This document shows positions 1 through 9,591 of a stretch of 64,000 nt of DNA, piece by piece; the stretch's first letter is position 1; every line of letters starts with the position of its first letter. The position numbers and the translations under genes were made by a program. The DNA is from Candidatus Omnitrophota bacterium. GTDB lineage: Bacteria; Omnitrophota; Gorgyraeia; Duberdicusellales; 4484-171. A model generated the notes under the pieces. The model saw only the letters and a list, made by a program, of their open reading frames with translations, made no database searches and was not told where the DNA came from. The DNA lies in contig JBAZGN010000001.1 in assembly GCA_041652815.1 (NCBI GenBank), forward strand, positions 381,855 through 445,854. The letters run 5' to 3'.

Positions 1-908
1 GAGTTTTTATCCAGGCAGAAAGCGAGTTGGCCGCTATAAATATGGTTTTTGGCGCAGCCGCAACAGGGGCGCGCGCGCTTACTAGTTCTTCCAGCCCCGG
101 CATATCGCTTAAACAGGAAGGTATCTCCTATATTGCAGGCGCCGGCTTGCCGGCGGTTATAATAAATGTTATGCGTGGCGGGCCTGGTCTGGGAAATATC
201 ACATCCAGCCAAAGTGATTATTTTCAGTCAACCCGCGGCGGCGGCCACGGCGATTATTTTACGCCGGTACTCGCCCCTTTTTCCGCCGAAGAGGCAGCCA
301 AATTAGTTTTACTTGGTTTTGATCTGGCGGATTATTACCGGACACCGGTTTTAATTTTAGCGGATGCAATCGTCGGCCAGGCGATGGAGGGGGTAGATTT
401 TCCTTCAAAAAGCGAATTTAAGAAAAAACTTCCTCCCAAAAAGTGGGCGCTTACAGGGGCAAAGGGCCGGCCGGCGAATATAGCAAAATCTTTTTTTCTT
501 AAGGAAGGAGCGCTCGAGATTCACAATGAAAAGCTTAGAGAAAAATGGGAAAAAATAAAACAGAATGAGCAAAGAAGTTCCACATATAAAACAGAAGATG
601 CAAAATATCTTATTATAGCTTATGGCTCGCAGGCACGTATTGCCTGGGAAACAGTTGATATGCTTCGAGAACAGAAAATAAAAGCGGGGTTATTTAGGCC
701 AATAAGCCTTTGGCCGTATCCAGATGCGGGCTTACAAAAGTGCGCCAAAAATATAAAAAAAATATTTGTAATTGAACAATCTCTCGGCCAAATGCTTGAT
801 GACGTAAAACTTGCATTGCCCGGCAAAGAGGTCAAATTTCTTGGCAAAACCGGCGGTGGAATTCCATCGGTTACGGAGATTATGAAATTTGTTAAAAGTA
901 CCACGTAA
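1..908 (+). CDS. 2-oxoacid:ferredoxin oxidoreductase alpha subunit (KorA/PorA-like), 5' partial at the window edge
   Basis: The ORF runs off the window start. The translation shows pyruvate/2-oxoglutarate:ferredoxin oxidoreductase alpha-subunit C-terminal motifs (GAAATGARAL...GLPAVIINVMRGGPGLGNI). It is followed by beta and gamma subunit genes. Confidence 0.8.
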   Translation, partial: VFIQAESELAAINMVFGAAATGARALTSSSSPGISLKQEGISYIAGAGLPAVIINVMRGGPGLGNITSSQSDYFQSTRGGGHGDYFTPVLAPFSAEEAAKLVLLGFDLADYYRTPVLILADAIVGQAMEGVDFPSKSEFKKKLPPKKWALTGAKGRPANIAKSFFLKEGALEIHNEKLREKWEKIKQNEQRSSTYKTEDAKYLIIAYGSQARIAWETVDMLREQKIKAGLFRPISLWPYPDAGLQKCAKNIKKIFVIEQSLGQMLDDVKLALPGKEVKFLGKTGGGIPSVTEIMKFVKSTT

Positions 909-1020
909 CAAGTAGCACGTTTTAAAAGACGTGTTACCTCCACTCCAAGTGGACTCGCCTAAATGTTTTTATATGGTGGCGAGGATACGTGTGACGTGCT
1001 ACGTATAATTGTTGCATAAC

Positions 1021-1758
1021 ATGAAGTCAAAATTTACAAGGCCAGTTTCGTTGAGGGATGCTGCAACCCATTATTGCTCCGGTTGCGGCCACGGAATTTT
1101 GCATCGATTAGTTGCCGAAGTAATCGATGAGCTTGGGCTTCGCGAAAAGACAATAGGAGTCGCTCCGGTTGGCTGCGCGGTTGTTGCATACGATTATTGG
1201 GATTTTGATGTTTGCGAGGCCGCGCATGGAAGGGCGCTTGCGGTTGCAACCGGAATAAAAAGATGCCGGCCAGAGAACGTTGTTTTTACGTATCAGGGCG
1301 ATGGAGACCTGGTTTCCATAGGAATGGCAGAAACTTTTCATACGGCAAATAGAGGCGAGAACGTTAGCTGTATTTTTGTAAATAATGCCTGCTATGGTAT
1401 GACTGGAGGGCAAATGGCGCCAACAACGCTTACCGGCCAAATAACAATAACTACACCTTGGGGGCGAAGCCCCAAAGCTAAAGAAGGTTGGCCTATAAAA
1501 TTTAGTGAAATTTTAGCCAGCCTCGAAGGGGTTAATTTTGCAGCGCGCGCCGCGGTTTCCAGCCCAAAAGAAATAATAAAAGCGCGCTCATACATCAAAA
1601 AAGCTTTTACAAATCAATTAGAAAATAAAGGTTTTTCGATAGTTGAAGTTTTAAGCCCCTGTCCTACGGTTTGGCAGAAAAAGCCACATGATGCAATGAA
1701 GTGGATAGATGAAGAAATGGTAAAAACGTTTCCTTTGGGAGTTATTAAATCAACATGA
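1021..1758 (+). CDS. 2-oxoacid:ferredoxin oxidoreductase beta subunit (TPP-binding)
   Basis: CSGCGHG TPP/Fe-S motif. The GDG...NN region is typical of KorB/PorB. The likely ATG start is 1021 (MKSKF); the ORF track uses an upstream TTG at 1009. Confidence 0.85.
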   Translation: MKSKFTRPVSLRDAATHYCSGCGHGILHRLVAEVIDELGLREKTIGVAPVGCAVVAYDYWDFDVCEAAHGRALAVATGIKRCRPENVVFTYQGDGDLVSIGMAETFHTANRGENVSCIFVNNACYGMTGGQMAPTTLTGQITITTPWGRSPKAKEGWPIKFSEILASLEGVNFAARAAVSSPKEIIKARSYIKKAFTNQLENKGFSIVEVLSPCPTVWQKKPHDAMKWIDEEMVKTFPLGVIKST

Positions 1759-1859
1759 ATAACGATTTAGATGCTAGATGCTTGATACTAGATGCTCGTA
1801 AAAAATAAAGACAACAAGTATCTAGGATCTAGCATCGAGAATCGATGCAAATTTAAATT

Positions 1860-2402
1860 ATGAAAGTAGATATACTACTATCCGGTGCAGGCGGGCAAGG
1901 TTTAATGAGCCTTGGCAAAGTAATTGCCGCCGCAGCAATTTTAGAAAATAAATTCACAACGTATTTCCCTTCTTATGGGCCAGAAGTAAGAGGGGGGACT
2001 GCGTATTGCTATGTAAAGATTTCAGATAAGCCTATTGCATCCCCACTCGTTGAAACGCCTGACGCGGCAATAATATTAAACCAGCAATCTCTGGAGAAAT
2101 TCAAAAATCGATTGGACAAAAATTGTACCTTAATATTGAATTCAGACCTCATACAAGACAAACCAAATTTATCAGCTAAAAAGATAATTTATCTTCCGTT
2201 AAGCAAGGTTGCCCTTAAATGCGGAGATATAAGATGTGCAAATGTAGTTGCTTTAGGCGCGCTTATCCAACTAAATCCGGATATTCTTAAGCAGGAAACA
2301 ATTACCGGGATTTTAAAAAAAATCTTTAGCGCCAATAGTTCTATGCTAAATATTAACATCAAAGCATTGTCTAGGGGCCACGAAGCAGCCAAGAATCATT
2401 AA
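1860..2402 (+). CDS. 2-oxoacid:ferredoxin oxidoreductase gamma subunit
   Basis: N-terminal ILLSGAGGQGL motif characteristic of POR/KOR gamma subunits. It sits in alpha-beta-gamma operon order with the two upstream ORFs. Confidence 0.8.
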   Translation: MKVDILLSGAGGQGLMSLGKVIAAAAILENKFTTYFPSYGPEVRGGTAYCYVKISDKPIASPLVETPDAAIILNQQSLEKFKNRLDKNCTLILNSDLIQDKPNLSAKKIIYLPLSKVALKCGDIRCANVVALGALIQLNPDILKQETITGILKKIFSANSSMLNINIKALSRGHEAAKNH

Positions 2403-2431
2403 ACTTATACAAGCTTCAAAATTATCCAAAA

Positions 2432-4378
2432 ATGCAAATGGGCAATAAAGCGGTTGAATTTTTAAAATTTCCGGTTTTTTTCATCTTTTTCGCATTTTTA
2501 GTTTTATGTGTTTCCTACAACTTAAATGATGCGGATTATTTTTTTCATACCAAGTGCGGAGAATATATCGTCACGCACAAAAGTATTCCCAAGGAGGACA
2601 TATTTTCTTTTTCCAAGGCAGGCAGCCCCTGGACTAACCATGAATGGTTTTATCAGGTTTTAATTTACTCGCTCTACAAAAATTGGGGAATTGATGGGTT
2701 TTTCTTTTTACGAACCGCGGTTTTTTGCCTAGCCTTCCTGATGCTTGCGATTTTTTCGCTAAAAACTGAGTGGATGTTTAGTTTCCCGCTTATTTTTTAT
2801 GGGCTTCAGGTATCTTTCGGGCGATTTACTTTGCGGCCGGATAATTTCAGTTTTCTCTTTTTTATTTTATTCTTGACGCCCTTTGTTTTTAAGAAAAAAT
2901 GGCTGCTTTTCTTTCTTCCATTAATTCAGGTTTTTTGGGTCAATATCCACGGATTTTTCTTTTTAGGGCCGGCTGTTTTACTTATCTATCTTTTACTGGG
3001 CAAGATAAAAAATAAAGAAACTGATATAGCTTTTTATAACACAGTTAAAATAATTTTTGTATTAACTTTTCTCGCCTGTTTTTTAACTCCCCAACCCATT
3101 CAAACAATTAAGTACCCTTTAACAATTTTAAAAGATATCGCATCCGGCAACCAAAAAATATTTTATAAATACATTCAAGAGCTCCAAAGCCCCTTTTCGG
3201 ATTTTTCGCATAACCGGATTTTCTTTAATTTCATACTATTTTCTTTAGTGTGCCTTGTTTTCTTGCATAAACTAAATTTTTTCTATGTAGGCCTGATAAT
3301 AGCCTTGGCTATATTTTCTTCAAACTCTCTGCGTAATATGTATTTTTTCGTTCCAGTTGCAATAGCTGTATTCGTTGACAGGTATTCGCAGATAAAAGAT
3401 TTTTTGTTGAAAAATATTTTGAAAGAAAAAGGCTTTAAATTGCTGAAATTATTCTTTATTGTACTGGCTATCGTTTTCTCTATAAGCATGTTCCAGCAAC
3501 TTAAAAGTTTCCCCGGCCGCGGACGGGCATTAATTACCCAAAATCAGGAAATCAACGTAAAATCCGCTTTTTTAAATATAGACCCTTATGAAAATCCCAA
3601 AGATATGCTTGATTTTATAGAAAAACATAAGCTCCCCGAGCGAATGTTTAACACATTTAACATTGGCGCCCATTTAATATTTAATTTTTTCCCGCAAAGA
3701 AAGGTTTTTATCGACGGACGGGCGGATTTCTACGGGCCAGAATTTTTTGATATGTATACACAAATCATTAGAGGCAATGAAGCTGCGTTAAAATATGCAA
3801 TAAAAAAATATGATTTGGACGGGTTTATCATGTGTTATTTTGCAGATACCCCTTCATCGAGCATAAAGTATATCAACGAAAAAGGCTTTAAATGCGTATA
3901 TTTTGGCTGGGATGGAATAATTTTTGTCAAAGATGATCTTATCGAGAAAGACCCTTCGTTAAAGGCTCTTATAGTTGACTTTGGTTCTTTGAATGTCGAG
4001 AAGCTTGATTTGATTAAAAATATCAAGCTCAAAATGCCTTATGTGAAAAGTTATCTCGATAAAGCAAAAGTTTTATACTTTTTGGGTTATTACGAAAAAA
4101 GTAAAGAATATTTAAATGAAATAATAAAGATTTATCCAAACAATGACGAAGCATATCTGCTTCTTGCGAAAATTTATTACAGACAGGGCAGTTACGACAA
4201 GGCTTTTATGTATTGCCGCAACAGTTTATTTTTTAATCCCTCTTTGGAAAGCGCACATACTCTTTTAGCAAAAATATATGTAAAAACCGCAAATTTAGAA
4301 GATGCACGCAGGGAAGCAGAAAAATATAAAGTAGATTTTAACAAATTCTTAGAGGAGACCAAAAATGAAAAGTACTGA
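2432..4378 (+). CDS. polytopic membrane protein with C-terminal TPR repeats, possibly a GT-C/TMTC-like glycosyltransferase
   Basis: About 10-12 predicted hydrophobic helices in the N-terminal 400 aa, then C-terminal TPR-like repeats (YEKSKEYLNEIIKIYPNNDEAYLLLAKIYYRQGSYDKA...). The family cannot be assigned from sequence alone. Confidence 0.5.
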   Translation: MQMGNKAVEFLKFPVFFIFFAFLVLCVSYNLNDADYFFHTKCGEYIVTHKSIPKEDIFSFSKAGSPWTNHEWFYQVLIYSLYKNWGIDGFFFLRTAVFCLAFLMLAIFSLKTEWMFSFPLIFYGLQVSFGRFTLRPDNFSFLFFILFLTPFVFKKKWLLFFLPLIQVFWVNIHGFFFLGPAVLLIYLLLGKIKNKETDIAFYNTVKIIFVLTFLACFLTPQPIQTIKYPLTILKDIASGNQKIFYKYIQELQSPFSDFSHNRIFFNFILFSLVCLVFLHKLNFFYVGLIIALAIFSSNSLRNMYFFVPVAIAVFVDRYSQIKDFLLKNILKEKGFKLLKLFFIVLAIVFSISMFQQLKSFPGRGRALITQNQEINVKSAFLNIDPYENPKDMLDFIEKHKLPERMFNTFNIGAHLIFNFFPQRKVFIDGRADFYGPEFFDMYTQIIRGNEAALKYAIKKYDLDGFIMCYFADTPSSSIKYINEKGFKCVYFGWDGIIFVKDDLIEKDPSLKALIVDFGSLNVEKLDLIKNIKLKMPYVKSYLDKAKVLYFLGYYEKSKEYLNEIIKIYPNNDEAYLLLAKIYYRQGSYDKAFMYCRNSLFFNPSLESAHTLLAKIYVKTANLEDARREAEKYKVDFNKFLEETKNEKY

Positions 4379-5675
4379 TAAGACGATAGTTCGATTTGCG
4401 CCGTCGCCTACCGGATATTTGCATATCGGCGGAGCGCGAACCTGCCTTTTTAACTGGCTTTACGCGCGCCATACAAAAGGAAAATTTATTCTGCGCATTG
4501 AAGATACTGACCTTGCGCGCTCAAAGCAGGAGTATCTTGATGAGATTTTAGAAAGCATAAAGTGGCTGGGTATGGACTTCGATGAAATTTATTATCAGTC
4601 AAAAAGGTTCGGCCTTTACCGTGATTATGCACAAAAACTTATTGATTGCGGCAGGGCTTACAAGAAAGACGACGCGGTATTTTTTAAATACGATTTTGCT
4701 AATGCTAATGTAGAAATTGATGATTTAATCCGCGGTAAAATTGTTTTTAACGAATTGCCCAAAGAGGAAGAGGTTATTATTAAAAAAGACGGCACCCCCA
4801 CTTATAATTTTAGCTGTTGTATAGACGACGCGCTTATGGAAATGTCGCTTATCATAAGAGGAGAAGACCATATTTCCAATACTCCAAAACAAATATTAAT
4901 GTATAAAGCCCTGGGGTTTTCCGTGCCGCAATTTGCGCACGTTCCCCTGATCCTATCCGAGGAAGGCGGAAGAATGTCCAAACGTTATGGTGCGACTTCC
5001 ATACGCGAATACAAAGAGGATGGTTATTTATCCTGCGCAATCGCCAACTACCTTTTACTTTTAAGCTGGTCTCCCGGAGGTAACCGTGAAATAATTACCC
5101 TTTCCGAAGCCAAAGATATTTTTGAGATAAAAAAAGTGAATAAAACTGCCGCGGCCTTTTCTATGGATAAATTAAACTGGATGAATTCAGAATATATAAA
5201 GAAAAAAAGCCCAGAGGAATACTTATCGCTGGTTGAAGAGTATTTGAAAGGCAAAAACTTTTTACCGGCTAATATTGATAAAGAATATGCTAAAAAGGTA
5301 TTCCTGCTTTTTAAAGACAGGCTTTCCAAGCTGTCGGATTTGTTTACCCGCGCCAGATTTTGTTTCTATGATGATTATACTTACGATGAAGATACCAAAG
5401 AAATCCTTGCGCGGAACTTATCCAAAGAAATAAATATACTGGCGGAAAAATTTTCTGCCCTCACAAATTTTAATCACGAAGAAGTAGAACAAGAATTCCG
5501 AAAAGTTGCAACCGATTTAGGCCTTAAAACGAAAGAGCTGGTTCATCCTGTGAGAGTTGCGCTTTCCGGAAAAAAAGTAGGCCCCAGCTTATTTGAAACC
5601 ATGGAGGTCCTTGGTAAAGAAAGAGTTGTAGCCATGTTAAAACGGCTGATTGATTATTGGGGTGCTAATACATAG
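4365..5675 (+). CDS. gltX: glutamyl-tRNA synthetase
   Basis: Class I HIGH motif (PSPTGYLHIGGAR) and KMSKR motif (RMSKRYG). The start overlaps the upstream stop by 14 nt. The protein is short for a GluRS (436 aa). Confidence 0.9.
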   Translation: MKSTDKTIVRFAPSPTGYLHIGGARTCLFNWLYARHTKGKFILRIEDTDLARSKQEYLDEILESIKWLGMDFDEIYYQSKRFGLYRDYAQKLIDCGRAYKKDDAVFFKYDFANANVEIDDLIRGKIVFNELPKEEEVIIKKDGTPTYNFSCCIDDALMEMSLIIRGEDHISNTPKQILMYKALGFSVPQFAHVPLILSEEGGRMSKRYGATSIREYKEDGYLSCAIANYLLLLSWSPGGNREIITLSEAKDIFEIKKVNKTAAAFSMDKLNWMNSEYIKKKSPEEYLSLVEEYLKGKNFLPANIDKEYAKKVFLLFKDRLSKLSDLFTRARFCFYDDYTYDEDTKEILARNLSKEINILAEKFSALTNFNHEEVEQEFRKVATDLGLKTKELVHPVRVALSGKKVGPSLFETMEVLGKERVVAMLKRLIDYWGANT

Positions 5676-5789
5676 AAAGCAATAAACATAGAAGCGGATA
5701 TCCGCGGATCTATACGCGGATAAACGCAAACGAGTTTGTGTGCGGAAATCCGCGTAAGTATCCGCGGCAATCCGCATCTATTCTTCCAT

Positions 5790-7475
5790 ATGAAACCAAA
5801 TTTTGTTACCGAAATTATTGATGAGCATAATAAAACCGGCCGTTTTAACGCGAGGGTGCATACGCGTTTTCCGCCCGAGCCAAACGGTTATTTGCATATT
5901 GGCCACGCCAAGGCGATTTATCTAAATTATTCTATAGCCAAGCAATACAACGGAAAATTTAATCTGCGTTTTGACGATACCAACCCTTGCAAAGAAGAAC
6001 AAGAATACGTTGATTCAATCATTGAGGATGTGAAATGGCTTGGCGCAGATTACCAAGGCCGCCTTTTCTACGCCTCGGATTATTTTGCGCAAATGTACGA
6101 ATACGCGGTAGCTTTGATTAAAAAAGGCAAAGCTTATGTCTGCGATTTAAATGCAGACCAAATCCGCACCTCGCGCGGCACTCTAACCGCGCCGGGAAAA
6201 GATAGCCCGTTTCGAAACCGCAGCGCAGAAGAAAACCTGGATTTATTCACGCGGATGCGTAAAGGTGAATTCCCTGATGGCTCACGGACTTTACGCGCAA
6301 AAATAGATATGGCGCATCCTAATTTTAATATGCGTGATCCAATAATGTACCGTATCCTACATTCCGCTCATCATCGTACCAAGGATAATTGGTGTATATA
6401 TCCCACGTATGACTGGGCGCATGGCTTGGAAGATTCCATAGAAAACATTACCCACTCGATATGCACGCTTGAATTTGAGAACCACCGGCCTTTATACGAT
6501 TGGTTTCTTGAGCAATTAGAAATATTTCATCCGCAGCAGATTGAGTTTGCCCGCTTAAATATTACCTATACGGTATTAAGCAAGCGAAAGCTTCTTGAAT
6601 TGGTTGAAGGTAATTTTGTCAGCGGCTGGGATGACCCGCGCATGCCAACTCTCGCAGGCCTTCGGCGCCGCGGTTACCCTAAAGAAGCACTGCATAATTT
6701 CTGCGAAGAGATAGGTGTCGCCAAATTTAACAGTACAATTGATGTAGGCGTGCTTGAGGAAGCGGTACGCGGCATCTTAAATAAAACCGCCGCGCGCGTA
6801 ATGGCAGTGCTTAGGCCGCTTAAAATTATCATCAAAAATTATCCTGAAGGTAAATTCGAAGAGCTTGAAGCGGTAAATAATCCGGAAGATGCTTCTATGG
6901 GTAGCCGGAAAATATTTTTCTCCCGCGAAATTTTCATTGAACAGGATGATTTTCGCGAAAATCCGCCCAAGGAATTTTTCCGTCTTTCCCCAGGTCGTGA
7001 AGTGCGGCTGCGTTATGCCTATTTTCTTAAATGCGAAGAAGTAATTAAGGATAAAGACGGCAATATTACGCAATTAATTTGCAGTTATGACCCGCAAACC
7101 CGCGGCGGAAACGCACCAGATGGACGCAAGGTAAAAGCAACAATTCATTGGGTGTCTTGCCACGATAGTTTCAATGCGCAGGTTAACCTTTACGACAGGC
7201 TTTTTAGTAGTCCAGACCCGGAAAATGTCGCTACCGGAGGTGATTTTAAATCCAACATAAACCAGCGTTCGTTGGAAACTATTAATGATGCAAAGCTTGA
7301 ACCATCGCTTAAAAAAGCGCAACCTAACCAACGTTATCAATTTGAACGCCTTGGCTATTTTTGCCTTGATACACGAAGCTGCGGGCAAAATTTGGTTTTT
7401 AACCGTATCTCTACCTTACGGGACACTTGGGCGAAAATAAAGCAGAAGCTTGGGAAACAGCAGATTAGTCAATAG
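5790..7475 (+). CDS. glnS: glutaminyl-tRNA synthetase
   Basis: [25 protein letters not shown] and a VLSKRK-type KMSKS region are typical of GlnRS. Start chosen at MKPNF (5790), inside the longer ORF that opens at 5736. Confidence 0.9.
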   Translation: MKPNFVTEIIDEHNKTGRFNARVHTRFPPEPNGYLHIGHAKAIYLNYSIAKQYNGKFNLRFDDTNPCKEEQEYVDSIIEDVKWLGADYQGRLFYASDYFAQMYEYAVALIKKGKAYVCDLNADQIRTSRGTLTAPGKDSPFRNRSAEENLDLFTRMRKGEFPDGSRTLRAKIDMAHPNFNMRDPIMYRILHSAHHRTKDNWCIYPTYDWAHGLEDSIENITHSICTLEFENHRPLYDWFLEQLEIFHPQQIEFARLNITYTVLSKRKLLELVEGNFVSGWDDPRMPTLAGLRRRGYPKEALHNFCEEIGVAKFNSTIDVGVLEEAVRGILNKTAARVMAVLRPLKIIIKNYPEGKFEELEAVNNPEDASMGSRKIFFSREIFIEQDDFRENPPKEFFRLSPGREVRLRYAYFLKCEEVIKDKDGNITQLICSYDPQTRGGNAPDGRKVKATIHWVSCHDSFNAQVNLYDRLFSSPDPENVATGGDFKSNINQRSLETINDAKLEPSLKKAQPNQRYQFERLGYFCLDTRSCGQNLVFNRISTLRDTWAKIKQKLGKQQISQ

Positions 7476-7570
7476 TCCATAGTCGATAGCCCATAGTAAA
7501 AACTGTGGACTATGCCCCCCCTGCGGGGAGGCTTCGCTCTCGACAGTCGATAGTCGTTAGTATAAATAAA
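7473..7570 (+). repeat. ~95-bp repeat element that begins at the stop codon of the upstream gene; copy 1 follows glnS
   Basis: Shares aTAGtccatagtcga(t/c)ag ... cccctg(c/t)ggggaggcttcgctctc with 15014-15112, which lies after proA. In both copies the host gene's TAG stop codon is the first triplet of the element. Confidence 0.6.
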
Positions 7571-7620
7571 AATAACCTTTTCTATGAAACTATCGACTAT
7601 CGGCTAACAACTGGTTTATG

Positions 7621-7749
7621 TGTTTAGGGTTTTATGTTTACCCCTCGCGCCTGTATATCGGGTAAATTTCTCGGCCTGCGGCCAGGAAATTTACCCGAAG
7701 TGCTTCGGGGTTAATTTTCCGCCCAAGGCGGAAAATTAAGGAGGTATAA
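7621..7749 (+). promoter_or_regulatory. structured 5' leader (three hairpins) ending in an AAGGAGG RBS, upstream of the small lipoprotein gene; copy L
   Basis: Inverted copy of 8354-8480. The hairpins are gggtaaatttc...gaaatttaccc, ccgaagtgcttcgg and ttttccgcccaaggcggaaaa. The last one abuts the RBS. Confidence 0.55.
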
Positions 7750-7932
7750 ATGCGTAAGGTATTTTTGCTGGTGTTAATTCTGGTGTTTGTTTCACTTCTT
7801 AATGGCTGCGAAACGGCAAAGAATACTGCATACGGTGTGCATCGTATTGCGGCGGGCGTAGCCGATGATGTTTATAATACCGGTAGGAATTTGAAAAGAG
7901 CAGACAACTGGATGGAAGAGAATACCTGGTAA
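7750..7932 (+). CDS. small lipoprotein, entericidin-like (signal peptide plus lipobox LNGC)
   Basis: Strong RBS (taaggaggtataaATG). N-terminal signal peptide with an L-N-G-C lipobox. The GCETAKNT..G motif resembles the entericidin EcnA/B family. Confidence 0.6.
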   Translation: MRKVFLLVLILVFVSLLNGCETAKNTAYGVHRIAAGVADDVYNTGRNLKRADNWMEENTW

Positions 7933-8047
7933 ATTTTTCAGGCCTCAAGCTCCAAATTTTTTAAATTTACAGCCTAAAGCCCGAATAAGATAATCGCTTA
8001 TCACGTTAGAAAAAAAATATCTAACGGAGTGAATTTTCTAACGGGAT

Positions 8048-8353
8048 TTATCTTTCACAATACTTGAGATGCTTGCCTTCCGGGTAATATTTTGCTCTTT
8101 TTTCGAAGTGCCCAGGCACCCAAACGTAACCCCTGCGATGGTTTACATGCTGCCAATAGCCTGGTATCCAGATCAAACGCCTGTCTCTCGAAAAATCCAC
8201 CTTAATATTTAAAGCCGATAACCCCACGCTTATTTTAGGCGTGGTTTTTATTGTTACTTTTTTGTCATACCGGTTTCTATCGCGGCTGTAAGCTGGACTA
8301 GCGCACATAATAATAATAAGCCCTGCAATTAAAGCTACAAATACTTTTTTCAT
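8048..8353 (-). CDS. small secreted protein of unknown function
   Basis: N-terminal signal peptide (MKKVFVALIAGLIIIMCASPAYS). It is preceded, on the minus strand, by the same structured leader and RBS as 7750-7932. Confidence 0.55.
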   Translation of the reverse strand: MKKVFVALIAGLIIIMCASPAYSRDRNRYDKKVTIKTTPKISVGLSALNIKVDFSRDRRLIWIPGYWQHVNHRRGYVWVPGHFEKRAKYYPEGKHLKYCER

Positions 8354-8480
8354 AAACCCTCCTTAATGAGCCCCGACTTACGTCGGGGCGAATTAACCCC
8401 GCAGCGCTTCGGTTAAATTTCCTGGTTGCAGGCACAGTCTCTTACCAGGAAATTTAACCGATATACAGGCGCAAGGGGTA
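8354..8480 (-). promoter_or_regulatory. structured 5' leader, copy R; inverted duplicate of 7621-7749
   Basis: Its reverse complement aligns with 7621-7749. Several differences are compensatory within the hairpin stems. Confidence 0.55.
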
Positions 8481-9089
8481 AATTACTATAAATTTTTTGG
8501 AATAAAGCACATTATTTTTCCAAGCTGAAGATACAGGAAAAATGTTGGCCTCATTTAATTAGACGTGGCATGCCTTTAAAAAGTCTACAATCTTGATTGG
8601 TTCAAGCAGGTAAAAGGGGTTAAAAATAAAGATTCCACGGCGTTTTACCGTGGAATCTTAAGAAGAAGAGGGGGCGATATTTTACCCTAAGCACTTAACT
8701 CAGGCATTCAGGACTTGATCGCCCCCTGGGGTTAGTTTAAAACAAAACCCCAAATGTTGGCCTGGATGCCGCATTGAGAAAGTTTAGCCTTAGGGCAATT
8801 AAGATATAGCACATCAGAAAATATTTTTCAAGGTGAAAGGGCAAGTTTATTCCCTTTACCATAATACCCTGCCTGCTCGCCCGCCGTAAGGCGGGCAGGG
8901 CGGGCGAGGCTGCGCCCGTGGATGAATGTGGAGTGGGATGTCGCCCCACGGGGCGTATTGCAAGGTACCACGGGAAGCCTTCGGCGTACCCGTGGGGCTC
9001 CAGTATAGCTGTTTTACATTGAAAACAAAAAAGCTTTTGATAATAAAAACATTAGAATTGGGAATTATTTATGGTAAAATAAAACTATA

Positions 9090-9338
9090 ATGCCAATTTC
9101 TTTAATTACCATCATATTGTTTGTACTTTTAGTTGCCCCAATAGTCATAATTCTTATATTGCAATCGGGCAATCCTTTCCGGGCGGAAAAAAATACCTCA
9201 AAAAGCCATCTAAAGAAAAACGAAACCTTGCCGGTAAATGTAAAAAACGGAAGATGGTGGTGCCCTTCCTGCGGAGATAGTAACCTCGAAGCTAAAGAAG
9301 ACTGCGGCAGCTGCGGGCAAAAGGTAAAAAAAGCCTAA
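9090..9338 (+). CDS. small membrane-anchored zinc-ribbon protein
   Basis: N-terminal TM helix. C-terminal CPSCGDS...CGSCGQK four-cysteine ribbon. Confidence 0.45.
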   Translation: MPISLITIILFVLLVAPIVIILILQSGNPFRAEKNTSKSHLKKNETLPVNVKNGRWWCPSCGDSNLEAKEDCGSCGQKVKKA

Positions 9339-9418
9339 AAATCCGCATTTTGTTGGTTAAATCAAACACAAATTCTCCTTGCCATAACCTTTTATAAATA
9401 TTACAATAATTTCCAACT

Positions 9419-9490
9419 TGCCCGGTAGTGTAATTGGCAACATGACAGACTCTGGATCTGTTGTTTCTGGTTCGAGTCCAGACCGGGCAG
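9419..9490 (+). tRNA. tRNA-Gln (anticodon CUG)
   Basis: Hand-folded cloverleaf. Acceptor tgcccgg/ccgggca with a U1:A72 pair and G73 discriminator. D stem gtgt/acat. Anticodon stem acaga/tctgt with loop ctCTGga. T arm tctgg-ttcgagt-ccaga. No encoded CCA. Confidence 0.8.
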
Positions 9491-9591
9491 TTCTGCTTCG
9501 CCCCTCACTAAGTGAAACGCTGGTAGGGCTTCGCAGAAACTATTCCTTAGAAGCTCTACTAGAGTTTAATATCTTAAGGAGCGAAGAAGAA

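Noticed and set aside
1034-1598. Several 60-110 aa minus-strand ORFs antisense to korB, and similar antisense ORFs throughout (e.g. 12908-13417, 13873-14415, 54538-54960, 57010-57414)
   Set aside because: They lie wholly inside well-supported + strand genes, have no RBS and no recognisable domains. They are typical shadow ORFs of a low-GC genome.
5736-5789. Upstream extension of glnS ([18 protein letters not shown])
   Set aside because: The extension is translated from the atccgcgga hairpin repeat region. The conserved GlnRS N-terminus begins at MKPNF, so the downstream ATG is preferred.
8737-8949. 70-aa minus-strand ORF inside the GC-rich island
   Set aside because: Its composition (Pro/Ala/Arg-rich) reflects GC-rich hairpin sequence. 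It has no RBS, and I interpret the region as non-coding structured RNA or DNA.
9418-9591. N-terminal 58 codons of the 138-aa ORF called in the ORF track
   Set aside because: This stretch overlaps the tRNA-Gln gene and the flanking inverted repeat. The GIY-YIG domain starts at the internal Met (9592), so the upstream extension is very unlikely to be translated.
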